Below, piece by piece: positions 12,182-22,029 of a DNA stretch of 60,077 bases (position 1 is its first letter; the number at the start of each line of letters is the position of its first letter). The stretch spans positions 90,247,659 to 90,307,735 of the forward strand of contig NC_068984.1 in NCBI RefSeq assembly GCF_001194135.2, given 5' to 3'. This stretch comes from Octopus bimaculoides. Lineage: Eukaryota. Position numbers and translations under genes: made by a program. The notes beneath the pieces are model-generated. The model worked only from the letters and a program-made list of their open reading frames with translations. It was not told where the DNA came from and ran no database searches.

Positions 12182-13449
12182 NNNNNNNNNNNNNNNNNNN
12201 NNNNNNNNNNNNNNNNNNNNNNNNNNNNNNNNNNNNNNNNNNNNNNNNNNNNNNNNNNNNNNNNNNNNNNNNNNNNNNNNNNNNNNNNNNNNNNNNNNNN
12301 NNNNNNNNNNNNNNNNNNNNNNNNNNNNNNNNNNNNNNNNNNNNNNNNNNNNNNNNNNNNNNNNNNNNNNNNNNNNNNNNNNNNNNNNNNNNNNNNNNNN
12401 NNNNNNNNNNNNNNNNNNNNNNNNNNNNNNNNNNNNNNNNNNNNNNNNNNNNNNNNNNNNNNNNNNNNNNNNNNNNNNNNNNNNNNNNNNNNNNNNNNNN
12501 NNNNNNNNNNNNNNNNNNNNNNNNNNNNNNNNNNNNNNNNNNNNNNNNNNNNNNNNNNNNNNNNNNNNNNNNNNNNNNNNNNNNNNNNNNNNNNNNNNNN
12601 NNNNNNNNNNNNNNNNNNNNNNNNNNNNNNNNNNNNNNNNNNNNNNNNNNNNNNNNNNNNNNNNNNNNNNNNNNNNNNNNNNNNNNNNNNNNNNNNNNNN
12701 NNNNNNNNNNNNNNNNNNNNNNNNNNNNNNNNNNNNNNNNNNNNNNNNNNNNNNNNNNNNNNNNNNNNNNNNNNNNNNNNNNNNNNNNNNNNNNNNNNNN
12801 NNNNNNNNNNNNNNNNNNNNNNNNNNNNNNNNNNNNNNNNNNNNNNNNNNNNNNNNNNNNNNNNNNNNNNNNNNNNNNNNNNNNNNNNNNNNNNNNNNNN
12901 NNNNNNNNNNNNNNNNNNNNNNNNNNNNNNNNNNNNNNNNNNNNNNNNNNNNNNNNNNNNNNNNNNNNNNNNNNNNNNNNNNNNNNNNNNNNNNNNNNNN
13001 NNNNNNNNNNNNNNNNNNNNNNNNNNNNNNNNNNNNNNNNNNNNNNNNNNNNNNNNNNNNNNNNNNNNNNNNNNNNNNNNNNNNNNNNNNNNNNNNNNNN
13101 NNNNNNNNNNNNNNNNNNNNNNNNNNNNNNNNNNNNNNNNNNNNNNNNNNNNNNNNNNNATATATATATATATATATATATATACATTATAATTATTATT
13201 ACTTCTATCAGTAATTAAAAATAGAACAAGGTGAACTGATTCTTTTCAAAACCAAGGTTAGCGCTCTCATTGATCGCTAGTAGAAGTAAGCAAATTTGAC
13301 CTCTGCTGACCTCAAAGTTGTGAGGCTTCTTTTGTCTCCTTATCGCACATGAATGCCCACTGCCTATCTCTTCACCATCTGCCGAATGTATTTACAGACC
13401 TGTAGAAATTGGACTATTCACAAGCTGCTAGTCTTTCTCCTACTCTCAA

Positions 13450-13720
13450 GACGTTTACAATACCAGTGATTCTGGGAGCACTTGAAATGACCAGTAAAGG
13501 AGCTAAAAACTAGTTGAGAATGACCCCTGGATTCATGCAGAAAGCGCAAAAGATAGCATTAAGTGTTAACTACAAACGTAAACAGACTGTATATAAAAGA
13601 AAGAATGGTGATAGAGGACTGATTAGTATAGATTAGTGTATAATGAGTGAAAAGAGAACGCTTGCCGAGTATTTGAGAGATAGTGATGAAGGTCTGCTGC
13701 AGTTTACCAGGACCCATAAT
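13450..13720 (+). mobile_element. R4/Dong-type non-LTR retrotransposon fragments
   Basis: IPVILGALEM...QKIAL (endonuclease C-terminus) followed by YKRKNGDRGLISI (RT thumb), with stops. Confidence 0.6.
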
Positions 13721-13899
13721 ATTAATAATATTTTTAAATGCTATGGGTAGAACGATGGTGATAATGATAATTACTGTGGTATGGAAGTAACACAATGCAA
13801 GCATGCTATTTATATATGTGTGTATGTACATACATGTGCATGTGTATATACAAATAAAGAGAGGAAGAGAGAGATGGGATCTCAATAACAACTCCCGTG

Positions 13900-14128
13900 G
13901 GAACACCACGAACGACTCATGAATTCATGTTGCAACACAAGGAAAAAAGCTATAGTCGATCATGGTGAAGGTTTCCCGCCCGGCACGTCCGAAACCGCCC
14001 ACATCAGGAGCAGTGATTTGAATTCGGACGGTCGTTATGTCACAACAGATCACATACACGGTGTGCGCAAAAGCTACCAGAGTATCTCATCAGGACGACT
14101 GAAGAAAGGGTACGATACACTTATTGAA
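13900..14128 (+). mobile_element. Penelope-like element 3' end (GIY-YIG C-terminus plus decayed hammerhead half)
   Basis: ETAHIRSSDLNSDGRY resembles the EAIHI..LNRDxG end of PLE endonucleases; followed by CTGAAGA and a hairpin. Confidence 0.5.
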
Positions 14129-14147
14129 TTTTTTTTTTTGTATATTT

Positions 14148-14219
14148 GAAGAAGAAGAAGAAGAAGAAGAAGAAGAAGAAGAAGAAGAAGAAGAAGAAGA
14201 AGAAGAAGAAGAAGAAGAA
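14148..14219 (+). repeat. (GAA)n microsatellite
   Basis: Read directly; a second long tract lies at 24565-24646. Confidence 0.95.
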
Positions 14220-14220
14220 A

Positions 14221-14278
14221 TTCAAAACAGTGCTCATGGTAACTGATCATATCCTACGTAAAATATTGTCTATGTAAT
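14221..14278 (+). mobile_element. R4/Dong-type extreme ORF 3' end
   Basis: FKTVLMVTDHILRKILSM* matches the KIALLGTAHILRKTLSIQ* end of the copy at about 15775-15830. Confidence 0.65.
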
Positions 14279-14282
14279 CCCA

Positions 14283-14633
14283 AAAACACCCATGTTTCTA
14301 AAGGTGAATTATTCAAACCCCAAAGAACTCCTCTCAACACATGGCAATGATGCTCCCCCACTACTTCTGCTCATGATCAGAGATGCACATATCGTCAGCC
14401 ACTAAGGGACATGTTCAACTGGTTAAGGTCAAACAACTGACAAGCAAATCTGTGGTATTAAGCAGAATATTTGCTGTAGCCCAACTTTTTATACCAAGAC
14501 AAAACAATGTACATGATAACGCTTCCAATCAATTAAGATCAGAAGCCATGAGAGCCACTGCCTGGTACTGCATCCGGGCATTTATTATTCCTCTCAACAC
14601 ATGGCTATGATGGTCTCCCCGCTACTTCTGCTC
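14283..14633 (-). mobile_element. Non-coding interspersed repeat (5' half of a TAA-associated element) with a ~42-bp direct repeat
   Basis: 14331-14372 is repeated at 14591-14633; 14283-14302 is the reverse complement (1 mismatch) of part of 14974-14995, linking it to the element at 14974-15254. Confidence 0.55.
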
Positions 14634-14639
14634 CCTAAG

Positions 14640-14972
14640 GAGCCACCTGAGACTGTGAAAATGGAAGGGCTTTGGAAGAAGATATGGAGCAACAAAAATA
14701 ATGTAATGCTGAAGCTCGCAAGATAGAACGTGAGAAAGTGAGACTGGATGAGGTTGAAGAGTAGAAATGGGAGGCAATAGGCGTAGAGGATCTAAGATGT
14801 GTTCTTAGAAAGTTTCACAAATGGAGAACCCCAGGACTGGACCGGATTCCTAACTTCCGGCTGAACTGTTTGACAGAAGTACACCAAAATTTTGCTGCAT
14901 ACCTGACTGATGTCACCTATAACCCAGAGCAAATACCTGTCTGGTTGACTGAAGGAACAACATACCTTCTAC
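14640..14972 (+). mobile_element. R4/Dong-type RT N-terminal fragment
   Basis: WRTPGLDRIPNFRLNCL...IPVWLTEGTTYLL corresponds to the KSPGPDG / W..G.T.L motifs of RT domains 0-1. Confidence 0.75.
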
Positions 14973-14973
14973 A

Positions 14974-15254
14974 TTTTAGAAACGTGGGTGTTTTGCTCAA
15001 CATCCTTAAACAAACCTTATTCAGGGACCTTTTGAGCGGGATGGGTTACTCGACCTGAAGAAAATTCTTACTGGGCCCCACCTTCGAGGTCATGCGCTGT
15101 TTATCTTCATATGAGATCACCATGTCGCGCACATATGGTTGTGATGCATGTGCTTGGTATACCCTTATAAGACGGATAGTCATGATGGGTACAATGGGCT
15201 TCGTATACTTTACCCCAGTGTCACTTTGATGGCATGCACTGCTCTCTCACTTTC
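14974..15254 (+). mobile_element. Non-coding retroposed element, 3' half, ending in an (AAT)n tail
   Basis: About 190 bp alignable to 34123-34317; both copies end GCACTGCTCTCTCAC followed by (AAT)n. Confidence 0.75.
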
Positions 15255-15289
15255 AATAATAATAATAAGAATAATAATAATAAGAATAA

Positions 15290-15386
<97 letters not shown>
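15255..15386 (+). repeat. (AAT)n microsatellite; further tracts at 15936-16013, 25641-25671 and 25969-26028
   Basis: Read directly. Confidence 0.95.
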
Positions 15387-15387
<1 letters not shown>

Positions 15388-15934
15388 TGCTAACACTGGA
15401 ATAACAACAGAAAAAAGACGGTATGGGTACACGCCAGAAAAGGTCACAGAAAACGAGAAAGCAACTATACTCTGGGATATGCCACTATACACACATAGAG
15501 AAATTATGGCCAATAGGCCAGATATAGTTGTCAGAGATCATGAAGGAAAAAAATGCTTTCTAGTTGATGTATCAATACCAGCAGATGACAACGTTTCCCT
15601 AAAAGAAATGGAGAAACTTTCAAAATACAAAGACCTGGAAATAGAGGTAACTCGGATGTGGAATCTAAAAACAGAAACAATTCCTGTCATAGTAGGCGTC
15701 TTAGGTATGATAAAAAAATATTCAGACAAATACATAAGAAAAACACCAGGACTTACAAATATATATAACATATAGAAAATTGCACTACTGGGCACTGCAC
15801 ACATCCTACGCAAAACACTTTCAATACAGTAAACATAAGAACACCACAGCAAACCACAGCACATACTCAAGGCACATAGACAGAACTGCGCTCTGTAGTG
15901 AAGTGAAAGCACGCTATAAAAATAACACTACTGG

Positions 15935-15935
<1 letters not shown>
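15387..15935 (+). mobile_element. 5'-truncated R4/Dong-type retrotransposon: restriction-like endonuclease domain plus 3' UTR, flanked by (AAT)n on both sides
   Basis: ILWDMPL..HREIMANRPDIVV..CFLVDVSIP..EKLSKYKDL..IPVIVGVLG (PD..D RLE motif); one in-frame stop near the end. Confidence 0.9.
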
Positions 15936-16014
<79 letters not shown>

Positions 16015-16015
16015 C

Positions 16016-16432
16016 ATGAAATTTGGCTTAGAAAAAGGTGCCAAAGCAACATTGAAAAGAGGAAAACTAATTAAGAGTAGCAACATCACAGTTGATAAAG
16101 CAAATGCAATGCGAGAATTAGATCAAAGCCAGACACAAATACTTAGGAAACAATCAACTGGATACGATACAACACACACAAATGAAAGAGAAAATAAACA
16201 GGAATACTATAGACGAGTTATATTAATACTGAAAACAGAGCTCAATGCGAAAGACAAGATAATAGGTATCAACACTCTAGCCGTCCCAGTTATAAGTTAC
16301 AGCTACAATATCCTTAACTGGACACTAAATGAACTAATCAAAATAGACAGGAAAACAAGAAATATAATGACAGGATTTAGGATGCACCACCCAAAATCTG
16401 ACATAGAAAAGTTATATATACAGCGTATATAT
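16016..16432 (+). mobile_element. R4/Dong-type RT C-terminal/thumb fragment
   Basis: MKFGLEK..KRGK, INTLAVPVISYS, IDRKTR..MHHPKSDIEKLY motifs. Confidence 0.85.
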
Positions 16433-16641
16433 AACCATTTCGGTAAGAACACTGTTAATTAATATGAGAATAGACATAGCTATTTTCATTTTTAAAAAGT
16501 TATAATAAGATATGTAAACATTTTTCCATATTTTCTCACAGAACATTTATTAACCTCGAAGATTTCTGCTAACCCTAAACATATTCGTTAGCCTTAAACC
16601 TCCTTATTACACCTGATTACTTATATGCGTCTTTCAATTAA

Positions 16642-16852
16642 CGGGCCAGAAATTTTGAGAGCAAGTGGAAGTCGATTATGTCAGTCTCAGTGCTCAGTTG
16701 GTACTTATTTTAGGTACTTATTTTATCGACCCCGAAAGGACAAAAGGTGAAGTTGACCTTAGCGGTGTTTGAACCCATAGCGTAAAGACGGAAGAAATGC
16801 CACCAAGCGTTTTATTTCCCACGTGCTGGTGATTCTGCCAGCTCACCACCTT
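16642..16852 (-). mobile_element. tRNA-derived SINE, family B
   Basis: Minus strand AAGGTGGTGAGCTGGCAGAATC...GGTTCAAACACC...CCTTTCGGGGTCGATAA; alignable to 37245, 38211 and 51693. It resembles octopus tRNA-SINEs, but a named family needs a library search. Confidence 0.9.
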
Positions 16853-16854
16853 AG

Positions 16855-16914
16855 AAAAATATGGGACGCTTCGCAAATTTGCAATGTCATAATCTCACGC
16901 AGGGGCCATACTAT

Positions 16915-16947
<33 letters not shown>

Positions 16948-16963
16948 ATTGCCGAAGCAATAC
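16855..16963 (-). pseudogene. U6: U6 snRNA pseudogene, full length
   Basis: Minus strand GTATTGCTTCGGCAATACATATACTAAAATTGGAACGATACAGAGAAGAATAGTATGGCCCCTGCG...GCAAATTTGCGAAGCGTCCCATATTTTT. The 5' stem-loop and ACAGAGA box are intact, but the catalytic AGC triad reads AGT and the ISL is altered. Confidence 0.95.
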
Positions 16964-16989
16964 AAAATAAGTCGATAGGAATGAAAATA

Positions 16990-19480
16990 TAAAAGATATA
17001 CCAAGAACTACCAATGTTACACACAGTCTAAAAATAGCCCTTCAACGATCAGACCAAAACTTTGAGATAATAGAAATAAGACGAAGTCCTTATAGAGTCG
17101 TTCCCAATCCAAGTGTCTGGGACAGCACATCAACAAGGCAAAGAGTAGGATGAAGAAACAGTAACATAGATGTAAAAACATCGAGAGGTAGAAAGCGGTC
17201 AAAGGAATTCCTCAAACCAACGATCTTTATCGCTTAAAATCAAGAAACAAGAGAAAGCCAAGAAAACTATCAAACTTGTTAACTTGGCCTTACACAAAGT
17301 CAATGTCATAATGGAGAGAAATCAACGGAAATCAATCAATTTAACAGAAATCAAATAATTGATATATGCTAACAATGAAATATCCAGGCAAAAGTCACAA
17401 AGAAGAAGAAAACAACCTAAATGAAAGGCTAAGATAGAGAAATAGATGAAAAGACTACGTGAAGACTTATCTTTCTTGAGTGAAATAGAAAAATAGAAAA
17501 ATATCAAAAATACAGAGAGAGAACTAAAGAGATGGCTCAACATCAGATAGTCGACTGATAGATTATAAGCAATAGAAATACTAATACAAAAGATCCAAGC
17601 AATAGCACACAGACTTATGAGATATGAGAAAAGAAGTGACTTCTTTAGATAGAATTAAACCTTCAGAGATGATGCAAATATATGGTGGAAAAAAGAAAAT
17701 AGAAATCAACGAAGAAAATTGTAGTTGGAATTTCTGGAGCAAAATTGTGTAAAGTGACAAGCACTACAAAATGGAAATATCTTGAATCCAAAAACAAGGT
17801 GGGGTTAAAATAGAGCATAGCTAACTAGGAATGCTCATGTGACTGAAACCTCAAGCGCCATAAAAAAACACTAGTATCCAGAAGTTACCTGAACTTGATG
17901 GGACGGCGGATTTCTGGACAAAATATCTTTTCAGCACCAACCAAGACGGAACCAATGCGTCCAACCATGCCGTAAAAGATTCAGATGATATTCCGAGTAG
18001 GCCAACACAAGATTTATCTTACCAGATCTTATCACCGAGATGATATACACCCTTTTAATCATCAATAACTTGCTACCAGTAGTTGAGAAATATAGAAAGG
18101 GAAGTTATAGGTGCAAAAACCAGTTGCATAAATAAATAAATGCATCTTCACAACCAGTTGCACAAATAAGTAAACCAGTTGCATAAATAAATAAATGCAT
18201 CTTCACAACCAGTTGCACAAATAAGTAAGCCAGTTGCACAAATAAGTAAGCCAGTTGCATAGATAAATAAATGCATCTTCACAACCAGTTGCACAAATAA
18301 GTAAACCAGTTGCATAGATAAATAAATGCATCTTCATAACCAAATCAAGAAAGAAACTTACCAGCAGCCTGAGTTGACTACAAAAGAAATGCCTAAAATA
18401 GTGAAGGTCGTTGGACCTCTAACCACCAATTTCATAAAAGAGAGGGTGAAAATTTGGTAAGCAACACAAGTAAGGATCATTAACATTAAGATCCATCAGT
18501 ATCAGTGGATAATATTTAGGGATGCGTGAACATCACTCAGCACTTCACTCAATAACAGTGCCGACAGGTATGAAACGGAAAACAGCAAATTGAGCAATTT
18601 GTTTCATATGGACGACCTGGAACCTTCGCCAAGAATGATAACAAGTTGGCCTATTAACAATTATGAAGAGCCTCAGTAATGATTTTAAAATGAAGTTCAG
18701 ATAAGATATGCTAAAGTTACTCAAGTAAGTTTACTGTAATGCCACCGAAATCAAAGAACTTAGTTAAGAAAGCACACATGAATACCTAAAAGTTAATGAA
18801 GATGACATGCAATACTCTGCTGCGAAAGAGAGAATACGAAAAGAGTATTAGAGGAGAATAAGAATAATACTAAAGACTGAACTAAATGCATTGATACACT
18901 TGTTATGGTTGATACTAGAACAAGGAAAATGCTGACCAAGCCAAAAGGCACCATACAATGGGAGATGTTGACAGAACTTACCTACGAAGAGCAGAGAGAA
19001 GTAGAGGTTTCGTGTAACTCAAACTAAACTATAAAACCATCACCTACCTCTCAACATCAGAAGACCCTTCCCACCACCACTTTTGGAAAATGTCAAGCAT
19101 GATGAAAAGAGTAAGAAGCTCTATTCAGTCATGAAAGAGACAAAAATATTTTCCCAAGAACCAAATGTTTTTAAATTAACACAAACTAAAAATTAAAACG
19201 AACATATTTATCGCTAAAAAATAGTACTACTACTGGAAAAGCTACAGGAAACATCAAAATCTCTGAAAAATTCTATGATCACAATCGTAAACAGTTGCCA
19301 AGAATGATAAAGTTATCATTTTATGCGACACACCGGTGCAGAAAGGTTGGAAAATCAATGAAAACAAATCAAACTTCACAATGAATAATTTCAAGCATAA
19401 AACCCACATGGTGATTGATATGACATTACCAGAAAATTGTAACATTGCGGTTCGATTTTTAAACGAAAGAAAAAGGTCAA
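16990..19480 (+). mobile_element. Long, heavily decayed R4/Dong-type LINE
   Basis: Degenerate RT motifs in order (PELDG, RKGSYRCKNQL.INK, LFHMDDLE, KEYYRRIRIILKTELN, RLY) with many stops and frameshifts; boundaries approximate. Confidence 0.65.
18120..18342 (+). repeat. Compound minisatellite of ~34-bp (A) and ~21-bp (B) units, order A-B-A-B-B-A-B-A
   Basis: Each unit starts CCAGTTGCA; A continues TARATAAATAAATGCATCTTCACAA, B continues CAAATAAGTAAR. Confidence 0.9.
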
Positions 19481-19899
19481 TAAATACTTGCCATTACATT
19501 TTTAATCAACCAAATATGAACCATTTTGTTGCACAATGCGTCTCCATCCTTCCTTTAACTTGAAAATACCCTCTTCCCAGAATTGAGGTGGTTTCATGGC
19601 AAATAAGTCGAAAAGTAAACTACTATAAATCGGCAAGAAATTTCCGGACAACCCAATAATAACATCGAGAATGAGATCTGGTGGTGGTGGTGGTGGTGAT
19701 GGTGATATTGATGTAATCTACTTGTCCCTTCCACCAAAATTTCAAGCTTTGCGCCTCTAGTAGAAAAGATTATTATTATTATCAGACTGGAAAAATTTAA
19801 TTTTTGTAGCTGCAGTAAGTATTGGTGAACGGATGAATGCAAAGCATATCGATCAAGTAATAGCCCGCGCAAAATCAACCAGGATTAAAGCATTATACT

Positions 19900-20680
19900 G
19901 GATCGAATGAGACTCAGTTTTACTGCAACATTCGAAGAAATACAATGGAAATATTAACACCAAATGAGGGTGAAATAACAGATTTTTGAACAGGAATTTT
20001 GGGATTGCTCACTATACATTATGAAAATGCAGAATGCAAAAAAGCGAAACCAGCCACTATAACTGAGAACAATGTCCTGCAGCAAGAAAGAATTCTAGCA
20101 ACTTGGAAAGATGCAGCCTAAGAATTTTAAATGAGGCGCACAGTAAAATGGGGAAAAAATCATCTAATTTAAATTCTAATACAAGAAAGTATATCAGAGT
20201 GAATATTTGAGAGACGAGCATCTTTGAGTATGAAAGATCCAACGATGGAAAATGCGATAGAAAATTGTTGATCATTCACCTGTCTCGATCTGTTTGGAAG
20301 TTACTAACATTCATTCTTTTTTTTTTCCTCATAAAAAAACATAATCATTTGATGGAAAACTAATTACTATCAATTGAACAGAAGAGCAACAAGAAGCTCA
20401 ACAGTAATAAAGCGTATCTTATCATTTACAGTATGGCAATAAAGAACTGCAAGTGTTGACAAATCGTATTTGACATATTGGAAAACGAACTTGGTGGTGA
20501 ACATGAAATCACATGAAAATTTGGTCGTTAAAAGAGGTGTTAACCTGATTCTCTCAGAAAAGTCAACATTGGCAACAAACTAGGGAGAAAGGGAACATGA
20601 ACTTTCTCTAAATTATCTATTCTTCATGGTGACTAGAAAGTCAGCAAAATAAATCAATTCACTTCAGAATACTGTAAAGG
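19900..20680 (+). mobile_element. Decayed non-LTR RT fragment, probably R4-type
   Basis: A-rich strand with degenerate RT-like segments; weak. Confidence 0.35.
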
Positions 20681-20682
20681 TG

Positions 20683-21923
20683 TACGAGGGTCAGCTGAAA
20701 AGTACATAGGCTGACCACGATACTCTCATGGAATGTAAAAAATTAGGTTTATTTTCCGAACTAGTCCTTATTGCGGTCCACACATTTATTCCATCCGTGT
20801 TGCAGTGTTTGGATCTCTTTGGTGAAAAAGCTTTCAACCTGTTGGTAGGAAAATGTGATCAACTAGATATGACGTCATTTTCACTGCGACATTAGTTCTC
20901 AACCAAGAACTTTTACATGTTGGGGAACATATGATAGTCAAATGGGGCCAGATCAGAAGAATAGTGGAGCTGATCAACCAGTTCAACAGCAGCCATTGAA
21001 ACCAAGGACTTGTGTGCTGAAGCATTGTCCTGATGAAACAGTTTTCCTGCTCATTTTGGTCTCTTCAGAGCCTCTCATAACTGCCTCAGCAAGTTGGCAT
21101 ATTACCCTTTATTGATGGTGTGGTTCTTTTGAAGATAGTCAATAAATACAGCTCGTCCTGCTTCCCAAAAGACCGAGGCCATCACCTTCCCTGCCTATGA
21201 AACGACCTTAGCTTTCTGTGGAGCAGATGAGGAGGGGTGTTCCCACTGCATGGATTCTCTCTTTCTCACTAGCTCAAAGTGATAAAGCCAACACCTATGC
21301 TGGATTAAGAAACACTTGAAGAAACCAGCTAGAGATGCCTGAAACTATGTCAGGTTTTCCCATGATGTGATCAGCTTGGTATACTTTCGATCAGGTGTCA
21401 GAAAACATGACAGCCACTGAGCAGAAACCTTCGTCATACCAAGTTCATTGGGTAGAATATTCTCAACTCTCACTCGGGATATTCTAATAGCATTGGTTAT
21501 TTGATTTATAATCAATCGTCTATCATCCATCAGCATGTGGTGAACATGATCAATGTTCTCCTCTATGGTGGCAGTTGCAGGACTTCTAGACTTTGGGTCA
21601 CCGTCAAGACTCTTCCATCCCCTCCGAAATTCAGCTTCCCATTTTTGCAGTGTGGATAAAGCTGACTCGTCAACTTCTAATGTAGCAATCATATCATCAT
21701 GAATGTCCTTATGGGCTAAACCCCTTTTCTGCAGGTACTTGTTTAACAGAGAATTCGTAACTAGTTACATTTGAAGTCTTCTTTGCGGGTTAGATTTTAG
21801 TTTACCTGAAGAAAAACAATGTAGTTGTTAAAAAGAAATTTTGAAATTAATGCACGCAAAATTTCACGGCGCTAGCATCGCTCCATCATAGTTAGCTTAT
21901 AAACTTTTCAACCCACACTCGTA
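20683..21923 (-). mobile_element. Full-length decayed mariner element (~1.24 kb)
   Basis: Imperfect TIRs TACGAGGGTCAGCTGAAAAGT / TACGAGTGTGGGTTGAAAAGT(rc); transposase remnants (QKWEAEFRRG, DDRRL, LGMTKVSAQW; later HQD and YSP-like remnants). Confidence 0.9.
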
Positions 21924-22029
21924 TAACATTGATATTAGTAAGGGGTTTGGTATACCAAAATGTAGAAAGAAAGATAGTGAATTTAGATGAATAATCTTAT
22001 CAGTAGAATGGATTTTAGATCCTAAAAGT

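Noticed and set aside
11659-13218. 519-aa ORF
   Set aside because: Only about 174 codons are real sequence; the rest is N. The true start is at 11619 with a frameshift.
18120-18342. CRISPR-like array
   Set aside because: Units are contiguous with no unique spacers, the context is eukaryotic, and there are no cas genes.
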